From Eubacteriales bacterium (GTDB lineage Bacteria > Bacillota > Clostridia > Oscillospirales > CAG-272): a stretch of 64,000 nucleotides of DNA. The DNA lies in contig JAZSMJ010000068.1 in assembly GCA_045535815.1 (NCBI GenBank), positions 5,459 to 69,458 on the forward strand, written 5' to 3'. The notes below the pieces were generated by a model that made no database searches, was not told where the DNA came from, and saw only the letters and a program-made list of their open reading frames with translations. Shown in pieces: positions 16,617-26,323 of the stretch (positions within the stretch are counted from its first letter, which is position 1; each line of letters opens with the position of its first letter). Made by a program: the position numbers and the translations under genes.

Positions 16617-17636
16617 TTATCTTTGTACACGGGCATTTTGATTGCTAAAGGCAAGAGCGGATATCTCTTCCTTTGTAAGCAGACTCTGATCTCCCTGAAT
16701 TGTGTGCTTGAGACAGCATGCCGCAGCTGCAAATTCTATTGATTTATCAGCTTCCATTCCGTCTTCGATCGCATAGATAAGTGCTGCCGCAAATGCATCT
16801 CCTGCACCGAGGCGGTCAACTATATTTATGGTGTATTTTTTGGATGAGCAGAGCCTTCCGCTCTCGTAAAGCTTTGCGCAGAAGGTATTTACCTCGGATG
16901 AGACCGTTCTTCTTTCGGTTATGGCAACCGTTTTGATGCCGTATTTTTCGTCAAATGCGCGTGCTATCTGCATATAGCCCTTTTCGGTAACGTCATCTCC
17001 GTTTATCTCTGATATAGAGGGAGATATGCCGAACAGCTTTGCCGAATGGTCCTCGTTTGTGATAAGTATGTCTATGTACTTGGTAAACTGCTCTATAACC
17101 GACGTCGCCTTTTCATAGCTCCAAAGCTTTGTGCGGTGATTGGGATCAAAGGAGACCTTAACTCCCATTCTTTTAGCGGTGCGACATGCGTCGTGACATA
17201 TATCGATAAGATTGTTTCCGAGAGCAAGCGTTATGCCGGTAAAATGAAAAACGTCTGCACCCGAAAGCAGCTCCTCCCAGTTGAATTCATCGGGCGAAGC
17301 TTTTGATATTGCAGAGCCTGCACGGTCGTATATTACCTTTGAGGGACGCTGGGATGCGCCCTTTTCTATAAAATAAATACCAAGCTTATCCCCGCATCTC
17401 ACTATTCTGTCGCATTTAACACCGTACCTGCGAAGAGAGTTTATTGCCGCTTGTGCTATATCGTTTTCGGGCATACGGGTGATATATTCGGAATCAGCTC
17501 CTAAAAGGGCGAGCTGAAGCGCGGTGTTTGCCTCCGCTCCGCCAAATGTCGCTTCATACGACGGGGCGTCAAGAAACCGTCCAAAGCCTGCAGGTGAAAG
17601 ACGGAGCATTATCTCTCCGAAGGAAACTATTTTCAT
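16617..17636 (-). CDS. kdgK: 2-dehydro-3-deoxygluconokinase (PfkB family)
   Basis: PfkB motifs (GGAEANTA, DRLGAGDAFAAALIY), length 339 aa, and it overlaps eda. Confidence 0.8.
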   Translation of the reverse strand: MKIVSFGEIMLRLSPAGFGRFLDAPSYEATFGGAEANTALQLALLGADSEYITRMPENDIAQAAINSLRRYGVKCDRIVRCGDKLGIYFIEKGASQRPSKVIYDRAGSAISKASPDEFNWEELLSGADVFHFTGITLALGNNLIDICHDACRTAKRMGVKVSFDPNHRTKLWSYEKATSVIEQFTKYIDILITNEDHSAKLFGISPSISEINGDDVTEKGYMQIARAFDEKYGIKTVAITERRTVSSEVNTFCAKLYESGRLCSSKKYTINIVDRLGAGDAFAAALIYAIEDGMEADKSIEFAAAACCLKHTIQGDQSLLTKEEISALAFSNQNARVQR

Positions 17637-18235
17637 TTTAATACCTCCAAAAGTTTTTTGCAGTTTTCACGGATATTTCCTTTTGTGATAAAGCTTCCGC
17701 CGACTGCGGCTATTTTATCGCAGCTCAAAAAATCTTTTATGTTTGAAATATCAACGCCGCCCGTCGGAATGAATCTTATCTGAGGAAAGGGGGCAGAAAG
17801 GGCACGTATTGCCGAAAGCCCTCCGTATATATCTGCGGGAAAGAATTTAACTGTGGTTATACCAAGTGATATTGCTTTGATGATCTCGGTAGGTGTAACG
17901 CATCCGGGTATGTAGGGGATATCGTTTTTTCGGCATACCGACAGAACATCCTCGCTAAGTCCGGGCGAGACGATAAATTCAGCGCCGCAATCGATTGCAA
18001 TCTCTGCCTGCTCCGAATTTATTACGGTGCCTGCGCCTATCTTCATATCCTTAAAGCTTTCACATCCAAGCTTTATTGCGTCAGCGGCGCACTTGGTTCT
18101 GAAGGTTATCTCTGCGCAGGGAATTCCTGAATCCTCGAGCGCGGTGAGGGTAGGCAGGGTGTCACTTATATCGTTTATGACTACGACCGGTATCACTCTG
18201 CATGCGGGTATTATCTTATCCGTTATATCAAACAT
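17633..18235 (-). CDS. eda: KDPG/KHG aldolase
   Basis: Eda-family motifs (IPVVVI, EITFRT, GAGTV, FIVSPG, VKFFPA). The start is taken at MFDITDK. Confidence 0.8.
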   Translation of the reverse strand: MFDITDKIIPACRVIPVVVINDISDTLPTLTALEDSGIPCAEITFRTKCAADAIKLGCESFKDMKIGAGTVINSEQAEIAIDCGAEFIVSPGLSEDVLSVCRKNDIPYIPGCVTPTEIIKAISLGITTVKFFPADIYGGLSAIRALSAPFPQIRFIPTGGVDISNIKDFLSCDKIAAVGGSFITKGNIRENCKKLLEVLK

Positions 18236-18417
18236 GTTTTTCTCCGTTAAAATTTCAGTATTCAATAATGCATATACTATTATATAACTTCGATGTGTAA
18301 AAATCAAATACAATATTGCTATTTTTAAAATATATTGTGCTTTTTTTATACATCGGTTGACCTTGGCGCAAAAAAATGATAAAATTATAAAAGAATTATA
18401 ATATCGGAGGTAGATTT

Positions 18418-19869
18418 ATGCCGGTTGAATATATTATACACGGGAAAGAGCCAAAGGAGCTCTTCCGATTTTTTGAGGATATAAGCGCTATTCCGAGAGG
18501 CTCGGGAAACGAGAGCGGAGTTGCCGACTATCTTTGCGACTTTGCTGAAAAGAGAGGACTTTGGTATCGAAGAGACACTTTGCATAACGTTCTGATAAAA
18601 AAATCAGCAACCTGTGGTTATGAGGGAAAGGGAGCAGTAATGCTCCAGGGTCATACCGATATGGTGTGCGAGAAAAATTCCGATACCGAGCACGATTTCG
18701 AGCGTGAGGGACTTAAGCTTGCCATAGACGGTGACCTGCTTTATGCAAAGGGAACAACCCTTGGCGGAGACGACGGTATAGCAGTTGCAATGATGCTTGC
18801 AATACTTGATTCCGACAGCATCTCGCATCCCGATATAGAATGCCTGTTTACAGTGCAGGAGGAAACGGGGCTCGGCGGAGCAGAGGGATTCGACTATTCG
18901 GATATAAAGGCAAGGACGGTCATAAACCTTGACAGCGAGAACGAATACGAGGCAACTGCAGGCTGTGCAGGCGGTGAAAGAGTTGAGATAAAGCACCGCT
19001 TTGATACCGTTTCATTCGCTAATAAGGCGTTAAAAATAAGCGTAAGCGGACTTGCTGGCGGTCATTCGGGCGTTGACATAAACAAGTGCCGTTCAAACTC
19101 CAACAAAATGATGGGAAGGATACTTTCCGCACTTTATCAAAAGGAGCCGTTTAATCTTATCAGCATAAACGGCGGAAATAAGGATAACGCCATACCGAGA
19201 GAGTGCGAGGCGGTGATATCGGTCTTTGACAGAGATCAGGCTACGGACTTTATAAAGAGCATATCCGATTTGATAAAGAAGGAGCAGTCAAAGGATGATA
19301 AGGGCCTGAGGATAAGGGTATCAAAGGCAAGCGGATTTGATAAAATGATGACCTTCAGGTCAACCAGCCGTGTGCTTTCGGTCATCTCGCTTTGCCCGTC
19401 GGGAGTTCTTTCGCTCTGTCCGGATGATACGTCGCTTGTCGAATCCTCCTCTAACCTCGGGGTAATAACGACCGATGAGGACAGCGTCAGATTTGATTTT
19501 TCAAACCGTTCGTCCGTAGAGAGCGTTATGAGTGATATTGCGCTTCGGTTCGATATGCTTGCAAAGGCGCTCGACTGTGAGATATCGCATTCGGGCAGAT
19601 ATCCGGGCTGGAGATACGTAAAGGGCACCGACGTTCAGAGGCTGTATGCAAGATCTGCAAAAGAGGTGCTGGGTGACGGCTTTGAGCCGAGGATAATAGC
19701 CATTCACGCAGGGCTTGAGTGCGGTATTATTTTAAGCAAGCTGGGTGAGGACGCTCAGGCAATATCGATAGGTCCTACCATGTACGATATCCACACACCC
19801 AAGGAAAGACTGAGCCTTTCCTCCTGCGAGCGAACCTATAAGCTGGTATGCAGGATGCTTGAGGGGTAA
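18418..19869 (+). CDS. pepD: Aminoacyl-histidine dipeptidase (M20 family, PepD-like)
   Basis: 483 aa. It has the N-terminal FEDISAIPRGSGNE, HTDMV and EETGLGGA motifs typical of PepD. Confidence 0.8.
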   Translation: MPVEYIIHGKEPKELFRFFEDISAIPRGSGNESGVADYLCDFAEKRGLWYRRDTLHNVLIKKSATCGYEGKGAVMLQGHTDMVCEKNSDTEHDFEREGLKLAIDGDLLYAKGTTLGGDDGIAVAMMLAILDSDSISHPDIECLFTVQEETGLGGAEGFDYSDIKARTVINLDSENEYEATAGCAGGERVEIKHRFDTVSFANKALKISVSGLAGGHSGVDINKCRSNSNKMMGRILSALYQKEPFNLISINGGNKDNAIPRECEAVISVFDRDQATDFIKSISDLIKKEQSKDDKGLRIRVSKASGFDKMMTFRSTSRVLSVISLCPSGVLSLCPDDTSLVESSSNLGVITTDEDSVRFDFSNRSSVESVMSDIALRFDMLAKALDCEISHSGRYPGWRYVKGTDVQRLYARSAKEVLGDGFEPRIIAIHAGLECGIILSKLGEDAQAISIGPTMYDIHTPKERLSLSSCERTYKLVCRMLEG

Positions 19870-20031
19870 ATCTAAGATATATTTATAATTATATATATAA
19901 ATTGAAAATTTTTATAATATATATTTACAAATAAGGGAAAATAAGGTACAATAATCTAAGTGGGGATCTTTTTGCGAAGGATCTTTCGTGATCAGAATGT
20001 AAAAATCATGGAAATGAGAGGTGTCAAAGCA

Positions 20032-20769
20032 ATGCAGAAGACAGATAAACCTCTTTACAAAAGAGTGTTGTTAAAATTATCCGGAGAAGCCCTTGCAACC
20101 GGAGGAGACGGTATTATCAATTATGATTTTGTCAGCGAGATATGCCACGCGGTAAAAAGATGTGTTGATATAGGCGTTCAGGTTGCTATAGTTGTGGGTG
20201 CCGGAAATATATGGAGAGGCCGTCAGGGTGCAAAGATGGACCGCACGAGAGCGGACCATATGGGTATGCTGGCAACCACGATAAACGCTCTTGCACTTCA
20301 GGATGCGCTTGAACAGCACGGAATGAATACGAGAGTTATGACCGCTATCGAGATGAGACAGTTTGCAGAGCCCTATATAAGAAATAAGGCAGTTTCCCAT
20401 CTCGAAAAGGGAAGAGTTGTTATTTTCGGATGCGGAATAGGAAACCCCTTCTTCTCGACCGATACTGCATCGGTAATGAGAGCGGCTGAGATAAATGCAG
20501 ATATAGTAATGCTTGCTAAAAACATCGACGGCGTATATACCGCCGATCCCAAGCTTCATCCCGAAGCTAAGAAGATCGACTCGATGGACTTTATGCAGAT
20601 ACTTTCAAACGGACTTACCGTTATCGATTCAACTGCGGCATCGTTCTGTATGGATAACGATATTCCGATACTCTTGTTTGCTCTGAACGATCCCGAAAAT
20701 ATCGTAAGAGCAGTTAACGGCGAAAAAATTGGAACCATAGTAAAGGGAGGAAATAAACATGAAACTTGA
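20032..20769 (+). CDS. pyrH: UMP kinase
   Basis: [23 protein letters not shown]. Start taken at MQKTDK, which has an RBS. Confidence 0.9.
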   Translation: MQKTDKPLYKRVLLKLSGEALATGGDGIINYDFVSEICHAVKRCVDIGVQVAIVVGAGNIWRGRQGAKMDRTRADHMGMLATTINALALQDALEQHGMNTRVMTAIEMRQFAEPYIRNKAVSHLEKGRVVIFGCGIGNPFFSTDTASVMRAAEINADIVMLAKNIDGVYTADPKLHPEAKKIDSMDFMQILSNGLTVIDSTAASFCMDNDIPILLFALNDPENIVRAVNGEKIGTIVKGGNKHET

Positions 20770-21313
20770 CGTTAAAGAATTTGAAGCAAAGATGAAGCGT
20801 ACCACTGAGGTGTACGCATCCGAGCTTGCTTCCATAAGAGCAGGTAAGGCAAGCGCTGCCGTGCTTGATAAGGTAACTGTTGACTACTACGGCGCTCCCA
20901 GCGCTATAAATCAGATCGCAGAGGTCAAGACTGCGGATGCACGCACGCTGGTTATTCAGCCTTGGGACGCATCAATGCTCAAGAGCATTGAAAAGGCGAT
21001 CATCGTTTCCGATATAGGAATTCAGCCCGCAAACGACGGTAAGGTATTGAGACTCGTATTCCCTCAGCTTACAGAGGAGAGAAGAAAAGAGCTTACAAAG
21101 CAGACCGCCAAGATGGGTGAGGAAGCAAAGGTTGCAGTCAGAAACATAAGAAGAGATGCTAACGAAAAGTGCAAGCTGATGAAGAAGAACGGCGAAATGA
21201 CAGAGGATGAACAGAAGGCGTCCGAAAAGAGCGTTCAGGATCTTACCGATAAGTACATCAAAGAGGTTGATGCTATAACTGCGGCTAAGGACAAGGAAAT
21301 AATGTCCATCTGA
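20759..21313 (+). CDS. frr: Ribosome recycling factor
   Basis: 184 aa with a typical Frr sequence ([24 protein letters not shown]). Confidence 0.9.
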   Translation: MKLDVKEFEAKMKRTTEVYASELASIRAGKASAAVLDKVTVDYYGAPSAINQIAEVKTADARTLVIQPWDASMLKSIEKAIIVSDIGIQPANDGKVLRLVFPQLTEERRKELTKQTAKMGEEAKVAVRNIRRDANEKCKLMKKNGEMTEDEQKASEKSVQDLTDKYIKEVDAITAAKDKEIMSI

Positions 21314-21390
21314 CGTTTTTTAACAGTATAAATATTTTACTGAAAGATAGGGGATGCGGATATCCGCGTCCCCTTAAATGGAATTTAGAG

Positions 21391-22104
21391 ATGTTTGGTT
21401 TTCACAGAAAAAAGGCAGAGAAGGCTCCGTCCTCGCTTCGTCACATTGCTTTTATAATGGACGGAAACGGAAGATGGGCATCGAAAAAGGGTATGCCCAG
21501 AGAGTACGGACACAGCGTCGGGGCTCAGACCTTTGAAAAGATAGCGCAGTATTGCGGTGATATAGGAATTGAATATATAACGGTATACGCTTTTTCTACC
21601 GAAAACTGGAAGCGGCCTGAGCGTGAGGTTGGCGAGATAATGAGATTGTTCAGAGAATATCTCAAGCGAGCTCGTGACAATTTCGTCGAAAAGGATATGC
21701 GTATTCGTATAATAGGCGATACGCAATGCTTTGACGCTGAGACCAAGGCGCTGATAGAGGAGATCGAGGTCGCCTCTGCCAAAAACAGAAAAAAGGTCAA
21801 CATCGCTATGAATTACGGCGGAAGACAGGAGATAGTCAGCGCCGTAAACAAGCTTATCGCAAGCGGTGCAGACAGCGTTACCGAGGATGATATAGAATGC
21901 GCGCTTTATACCGCAGGAATACCCGAGCCGGATCTTATAGTGCGCACGGGCAATGAGAAGAGAACGTCCAATTTTCTCATGTGGCAGTCTGCCTATTCCG
22001 AGCTTTATTTTACCGAAACGCTCTGGCCGGATATGACGTGTGAGGACGTTGACAGAGCGATCAGCGATTTTTCAAAGAGAAAACGCCGATACGGCGGAAT
22101 ATAA
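21391..22104 (+). CDS. uppS: Isoprenyl transferase / undecaprenyl-diphosphate synthase
   Basis: HIAFIMDGNGRWA, FSTENWKRP, RTGNEKRTSNFLMWQ. Confidence 0.9.
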   Translation: MFGFHRKKAEKAPSSLRHIAFIMDGNGRWASKKGMPREYGHSVGAQTFEKIAQYCGDIGIEYITVYAFSTENWKRPEREVGEIMRLFREYLKRARDNFVEKDMRIRIIGDTQCFDAETKALIEEIEVASAKNRKKVNIAMNYGGRQEIVSAVNKLIASGADSVTEDDIECALYTAGIPEPDLIVRTGNEKRTSNFLMWQSAYSELYFTETLWPDMTCEDVDRAISDFSKRKRRYGGI

Positions 22105-22128
22105 CGGTACGGAGGAAATGCGTTCCAT

Positions 22129-22962
22129 ATGAAGACAAGAATACTTACGGCTATTATACTGATAGCTATCGCAATACCGTTCCTTTATTTTTCGCATACC
22201 GTTGCATTCAACGTGGTGATAGCCCTTGTAGCCTTCGTCGGCGCTTACGAGATACTTAACTGCACGGGACAGAAGAACAGCGCCTTGGTGTCTGTTCCTA
22301 CATACGCAATATCCGTTCTGATTCCGTTTATGACGAGATATGCGGGAAGCACGGAAAGGTTTTTTGCGATATCATTTATTGCTGTATTCGTCTATCTTTT
22401 TTGGATGTTTGCAGTATCGGCCTTCTGCAATGCCAAGATAAACGTTAAGGATTCGGCAATTACCTTTGCATTTACCTCGTATACGGTAATAGGACTTTCG
22501 ATAATAATATTATTCAGGGATATGGACCTTGGAAGGTATATGTATCTTCTCGTGTTCTTCTATGCGTGGATATGCGATTCCTTTGCATATTTCACAGGAA
22601 GAGCTATCGGAAAGCATAAGCTTATCCCGTCGGTAAGCCCCAAAAAGACGGTAGAGGGTGCGATAGGCGGAATTGTATTTACCGCACTTTTCTCGCTCCT
22701 TTACGGATTTGTGATAGGCGTATTTTTCGACGTTACTCCCAATTATCTTACGCTTGCCGTTATGGGAACGGTGGCCGCAGTGGTATCGCAGTGCGGAGAC
22801 CTTATAGCGTCTCAGATAAAAAGGACGTACGGCATCAAGGACTTCGGATATATCTTCCCCGGACACGGCGGAGTTCTTGACAGATTTGACAGCGTCCTTG
22901 CGGTAGCTCCGTTCTTGTATTTTCTGGTTGAGATGCTTCCGCTTAAGGCAATGTTTTTCTAA
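22129..22962 (+). CDS. cdsA: Phosphatidate cytidylyltransferase
   Basis: Polytopic protein with the CdsA signature SPKKTVEGAIGG...GDLIASQIKR...PGHGGVLDRFDS. Confidence 0.9.
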   Translation: MKTRILTAIILIAIAIPFLYFSHTVAFNVVIALVAFVGAYEILNCTGQKNSALVSVPTYAISVLIPFMTRYAGSTERFFAISFIAVFVYLFWMFAVSAFCNAKINVKDSAITFAFTSYTVIGLSIIILFRDMDLGRYMYLLVFFYAWICDSFAYFTGRAIGKHKLIPSVSPKKTVEGAIGGIVFTALFSLLYGFVIGVFFDVTPNYLTLAVMGTVAAVVSQCGDLIASQIKRTYGIKDFGYIFPGHGGVLDRFDSVLAVAPFLYFLVEMLPLKAMFF

Positions 22963-22989
22963 TTAAGTTTTGATTTTTGAGGATAATAT

Positions 22990-24147
22990 ATGATTAAAGG
23001 CGATATGAGCATATCCGTTTTCGGCTCTACCGGGTCGGTCGGAATGCAGGCGCTTGACGTTGCCCGTTTCAGAGGTACCGGGGTAGATGCCCTTTGCGCT
23101 ATGAAGAATATAAAGCTGCTCGAAGAGCAGATCCGTGAATTCAGGCCAAGGTTTTGCGCAGTAGCAGACCCTTTGGCTGCAAAAGAGCTAAGGGATCGCA
23201 TAGGAGATACCGACACGGTTGTGTATTCGGGAAAAGAGGGCGTTGAAGAGCTTGCAGGCATAGTTGAATCCGATATACTTTTAAATTCGATAGTCGGTGT
23301 AGCCGGACTTCGCACCACTCTTGCAAGAGTTAAAACGGGGCGCACGCTCGCACTTGCGAATAAAGAATCGCTGGTGGCGGCAGGCGAGCTCGTTATGAAA
23401 ACGGCAAGAGAAAACAATACGCAGATACTCCCGGTAGACAGTGAGCACTGTGCGATATTTCAATGTCTTCGTGCAGGCAGAGAAAGTGAGATCAAAAGGA
23501 TAATTCTCACCGCATCGGGAGGTCCTTTTTTCGGTAAGAGTGCAGATGAGCTCAAAAACGCATGTGCCGCTCAGGCTCTTGCCCATCCTACCTGGAGCAT
23601 GGGAAGCAAGATAACCGTTGACTGCGCAACTCTTATGAATAAGGGCTTTGAGGTCATTGAGGCGGCTCATCTTTTTGGAGTTCCTGCCTCGGATATAGAC
23701 GTCGTCGTTCACAGAGAGAGCATAATACACTCTATGGTGGAATATGTTGACAATGCAGTAATAGCGCAGATGTCAAAGCCCGATATGCGTATGTGCGTTC
23801 AGTATGCGCTTACCTATCCCGAAAGGGAGGCGGGGCAGACGGCGCCTATCGACTTTGCTTCTCTTGGCTCTCTCAGCTTTTATTCCCCCGATAAGCAAAC
23901 CTTCAAGCTGCTCCCGCTTGCATACAAGGCGTTTGATATGGGCGGTGATGCAGGTGCGGCGCTCAATGCCGCAAACGAGGCTGCGGTCGGCTATTTCCTT
24001 TGCGACAAAATATCGTTTTCCGATATTTCCGATATCGTTTGCGATACGGTCAATAATTATAAGAGCAAGGACTACAGCTCGGCTGAGCAGATAGAAGAAA
24101 CTGATTTTGAGATAAGACAGACAGTTTGCGATATGATTAAACTATAA
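22990..24147 (+). CDS. dxr: 1-deoxy-D-xylulose-5-phosphate reductoisomerase
   Basis: GSTGSVG, LANKESLV, PVDSEH, HPTWSMG. Confidence 0.9.
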   Translation: MIKGDMSISVFGSTGSVGMQALDVARFRGTGVDALCAMKNIKLLEEQIREFRPRFCAVADPLAAKELRDRIGDTDTVVYSGKEGVEELAGIVESDILLNSIVGVAGLRTTLARVKTGRTLALANKESLVAAGELVMKTARENNTQILPVDSEHCAIFQCLRAGRESEIKRIILTASGGPFFGKSADELKNACAAQALAHPTWSMGSKITVDCATLMNKGFEVIEAAHLFGVPASDIDVVVHRESIIHSMVEYVDNAVIAQMSKPDMRMCVQYALTYPEREAGQTAPIDFASLGSLSFYSPDKQTFKLLPLAYKAFDMGGDAGAALNAANEAAVGYFLCDKISFSDISDIVCDTVNNYKSKDYSSAEQIEETDFEIRQTVCDMIKL

Positions 24148-24183
24148 TGGAGATGAATTGAGATAACTATCGTAATTGCTTTA

Positions 24184-25191
24184 TTGGTCTTTGGTGTGCT
24201 GATATTCGTACACGAGCTCGGTCATTATATTGCCGCGCGTTCCTTTAACGTTTCGATTAAGGAATTCGCAATAGGTATGGGACCTAAATTAATATCAAGA
24301 AGGTCTGAAAAAACAGGCATAGTATATTCTCTGAGGCTTTTACCCATCGGAGGATTCGTCAGTATGGTCGGCGAGGATGAGGCATCCGATGACGAGGGTG
24401 CGCTGATAAACAAGCCGGTATGGCAGAGAATGATCATTACTGCCGCAGGAGCGGCAATGAACCTCGTCCTCGGTATTATTCTGATGGCAGTTATGGTAAT
24501 GGCATCCGATAAGCTCGGCTCAACCGAGATAGTCAAGTTTGAGAGCGAGGACGCATCGTCCTATCAGAGCGGACTTGAGGTCGGAGACAGAGTTGTCAAG
24601 ATAAACGACAGAAGCACGCATATTTCATACGAGCTTTTATACGAGATAATGCATCAGGGCAGTGAGCCCATCGACGTTACGGTTATAAGAGACGGCGAGA
24701 GAGTGCTTGTAGAGGACGTTGAATTTGAAAAGATAACCGAAGAGGGAATAGTTTTCGGTGAGATAGATTTTTACGTAAGAGCTGAAGAGAAAAGCTTTGC
24801 AAACGTAATAAAGCACGGCTTTTATCAGTCGACTGCATCCATCAAGCTGGTGTGGGATTCGCTTATCGACTTTATAAGCGGTAAATACGGCGTGGATCAG
24901 GTATCGGGTCCGGTCGGTGTTACGACTGCAATAGGAAATGCCGCAAAGCAGAGCACTGTCAGTCTTTTATACCTTTGCGGTATTATAACCATAAATCTCG
25001 GTATGTTCAATCTGATCCCAATACCTGCGCTTGACGGCGGAAGACTGCTGTTCCAGCTTATCGAGCTTATCAGAAGAAAGCCGGTAAAGCCGGAGATAGA
25101 GGGATATATACACTTTATCGGTATAGTTATACTGATGCTGTTTATGGTATTCGTATCCTTTAAGGATATTATTAAATTATTTGCCAAATAG
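24184..25191 (+). CDS. rseP: RIP site-2 metalloprotease (M50, RseP/RasP-type) with PDZ domain
   Basis: HELGHY zinc motif very near the N-terminus, and the NLIPIPALDGG motif. The true start codon is uncertain: TTG at 24184, or a non-canonical codon a few codons upstream. Confidence 0.85.
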   Translation: MVFGVLIFVHELGHYIAARSFNVSIKEFAIGMGPKLISRRSEKTGIVYSLRLLPIGGFVSMVGEDEASDDEGALINKPVWQRMIITAAGAAMNLVLGIILMAVMVMASDKLGSTEIVKFESEDASSYQSGLEVGDRVVKINDRSTHISYELLYEIMHQGSEPIDVTVIRDGERVLVEDVEFEKITEEGIVFGEIDFYVRAEEKSFANVIKHGFYQSTASIKLVWDSLIDFISGKYGVDQVSGPVGVTTAIGNAAKQSTVSLLYLCGIITINLGMFNLIPIPALDGGRLLFQLIELIRRKPVKPEIEGYIHFIGIVILMLFMVFVSFKDIIKLFAK

Positions 25192-25210
25192 GGCAAAAGG
25201 AAGGTTTTGA

Positions 25211-26287
25211 ATGGATTATAACGCTATCAGGCGCAAAAGCAGAAGGATACGTATAGGAAATATTTATATAGGTGCAGATCAGCCGATAGCGGTTCAGTCT
25301 ATGACCAACACCGACCCTCACGACTATGACAAAACGCTTTCTCAGGTAAGAGAGCTTGAGGCGGCAGGCTGTGATATCGTAAGACTTGCTATACCCGACC
25401 TTGAGGCTGTGAGGGTAATTTCAAAAATAAAAGAATACGGCGGCATTTCGGTGCCGCTCGTTGCAGATATACACTACGATCACAAGCTGGCTCTTGAGTG
25501 CGTTTCCGCCGGTGTTGATAAGATAAGGATCAACCCGGGAAATATAGGTGACGATAAAAAGGTAGAGCTTGTGGCAAAAAAATGTGCAGAGCACGGCGTG
25601 CCTATAAGAATAGGGGTAAACAGCGGCTCTCTTGAGAGGCATATACTCGAAAAGCACGGGGCTCCTACGGCTCAGGCACTTGCGGAAAGCGCGCTTTATC
25701 ATGCGTCACTGCTTGAAAAGAACGGATTTTTCGATATCGTTTTGGCAGTCAAGTCATCAGACGTTGCGACTATGATAAACGCCACCAGAATAATTGCCGA
25801 TGCGACCGATTATCCGATACATTTAGGAGTTACCGAGGCAGGCACTCCTCACGATGGGGTTATCAAATCTGCGATAGGTATAGGCTCGCTTATCTGCGAC
25901 GGTATCGGTGATACCATAAGGGTATCGCTGACTGCTCCGCCTGCTCTTGAGGTGAAGGAGGGCAGAGCGCTTCTTCGTAATATAGGTATAGGCGGTGGGA
26001 TAAGAGTTACGTCATGTCCTACCTGCGGAAGAACCAAGATAGATCTGATAGAGCTTTGCGAGGCTTTTGAGGAGCGTATAGCACGTGGCGACGTAAGATC
26101 TGACAGACCGTTGCACGTTGCAATAATGGGCTGTGCGGTAAACGGACCGGGTGAAGCAAGAGAGGCTGATATAGGCATAGCAGGCGGTGTCGGAGAGGGA
26201 CTCCTTTTCAGACACGGTGAGATAATAAGAAAAATTCCGCAAAACGAGATAATAGATCAATTGATCAAAGAAATCAACGATATGTGA
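25211..26287 (+). CDS. ispG: 4-hydroxy-3-methylbut-2-en-1-yl diphosphate synthase
   Basis: VQSMTNT, RINPGNIG, CPTCGR, MGCAVNGPGEA. Confidence 0.9.
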   Translation: MDYNAIRRKSRRIRIGNIYIGADQPIAVQSMTNTDPHDYDKTLSQVRELEAAGCDIVRLAIPDLEAVRVISKIKEYGGISVPLVADIHYDHKLALECVSAGVDKIRINPGNIGDDKKVELVAKKCAEHGVPIRIGVNSGSLERHILEKHGAPTAQALAESALYHASLLEKNGFFDIVLAVKSSDVATMINATRIIADATDYPIHLGVTEAGTPHDGVIKSAIGIGSLICDGIGDTIRVSLTAPPALEVKEGRALLRNIGIGGGIRVTSCPTCGRTKIDLIELCEAFEERIARGDVRSDRPLHVAIMGCAVNGPGEAREADIGIAGGVGEGLLFRHGEIIRKIPQNEIIDQLIKEINDM

Positions 26288-26323
26288 TAAGCTCGCATAA
26301 ATGCGAAAAAAGGACGGTTCAAA

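Noticed and set aside
21340-21372. The hairpin ggggatgcgg-atat-ccgcgtcccc after frr, considered as a terminator.
   Set aside because: No U-run follows it. uppS starts 20 nt later and is normally co-transcribed with frr. It may be a processing or attenuation element, but this is unsupported.
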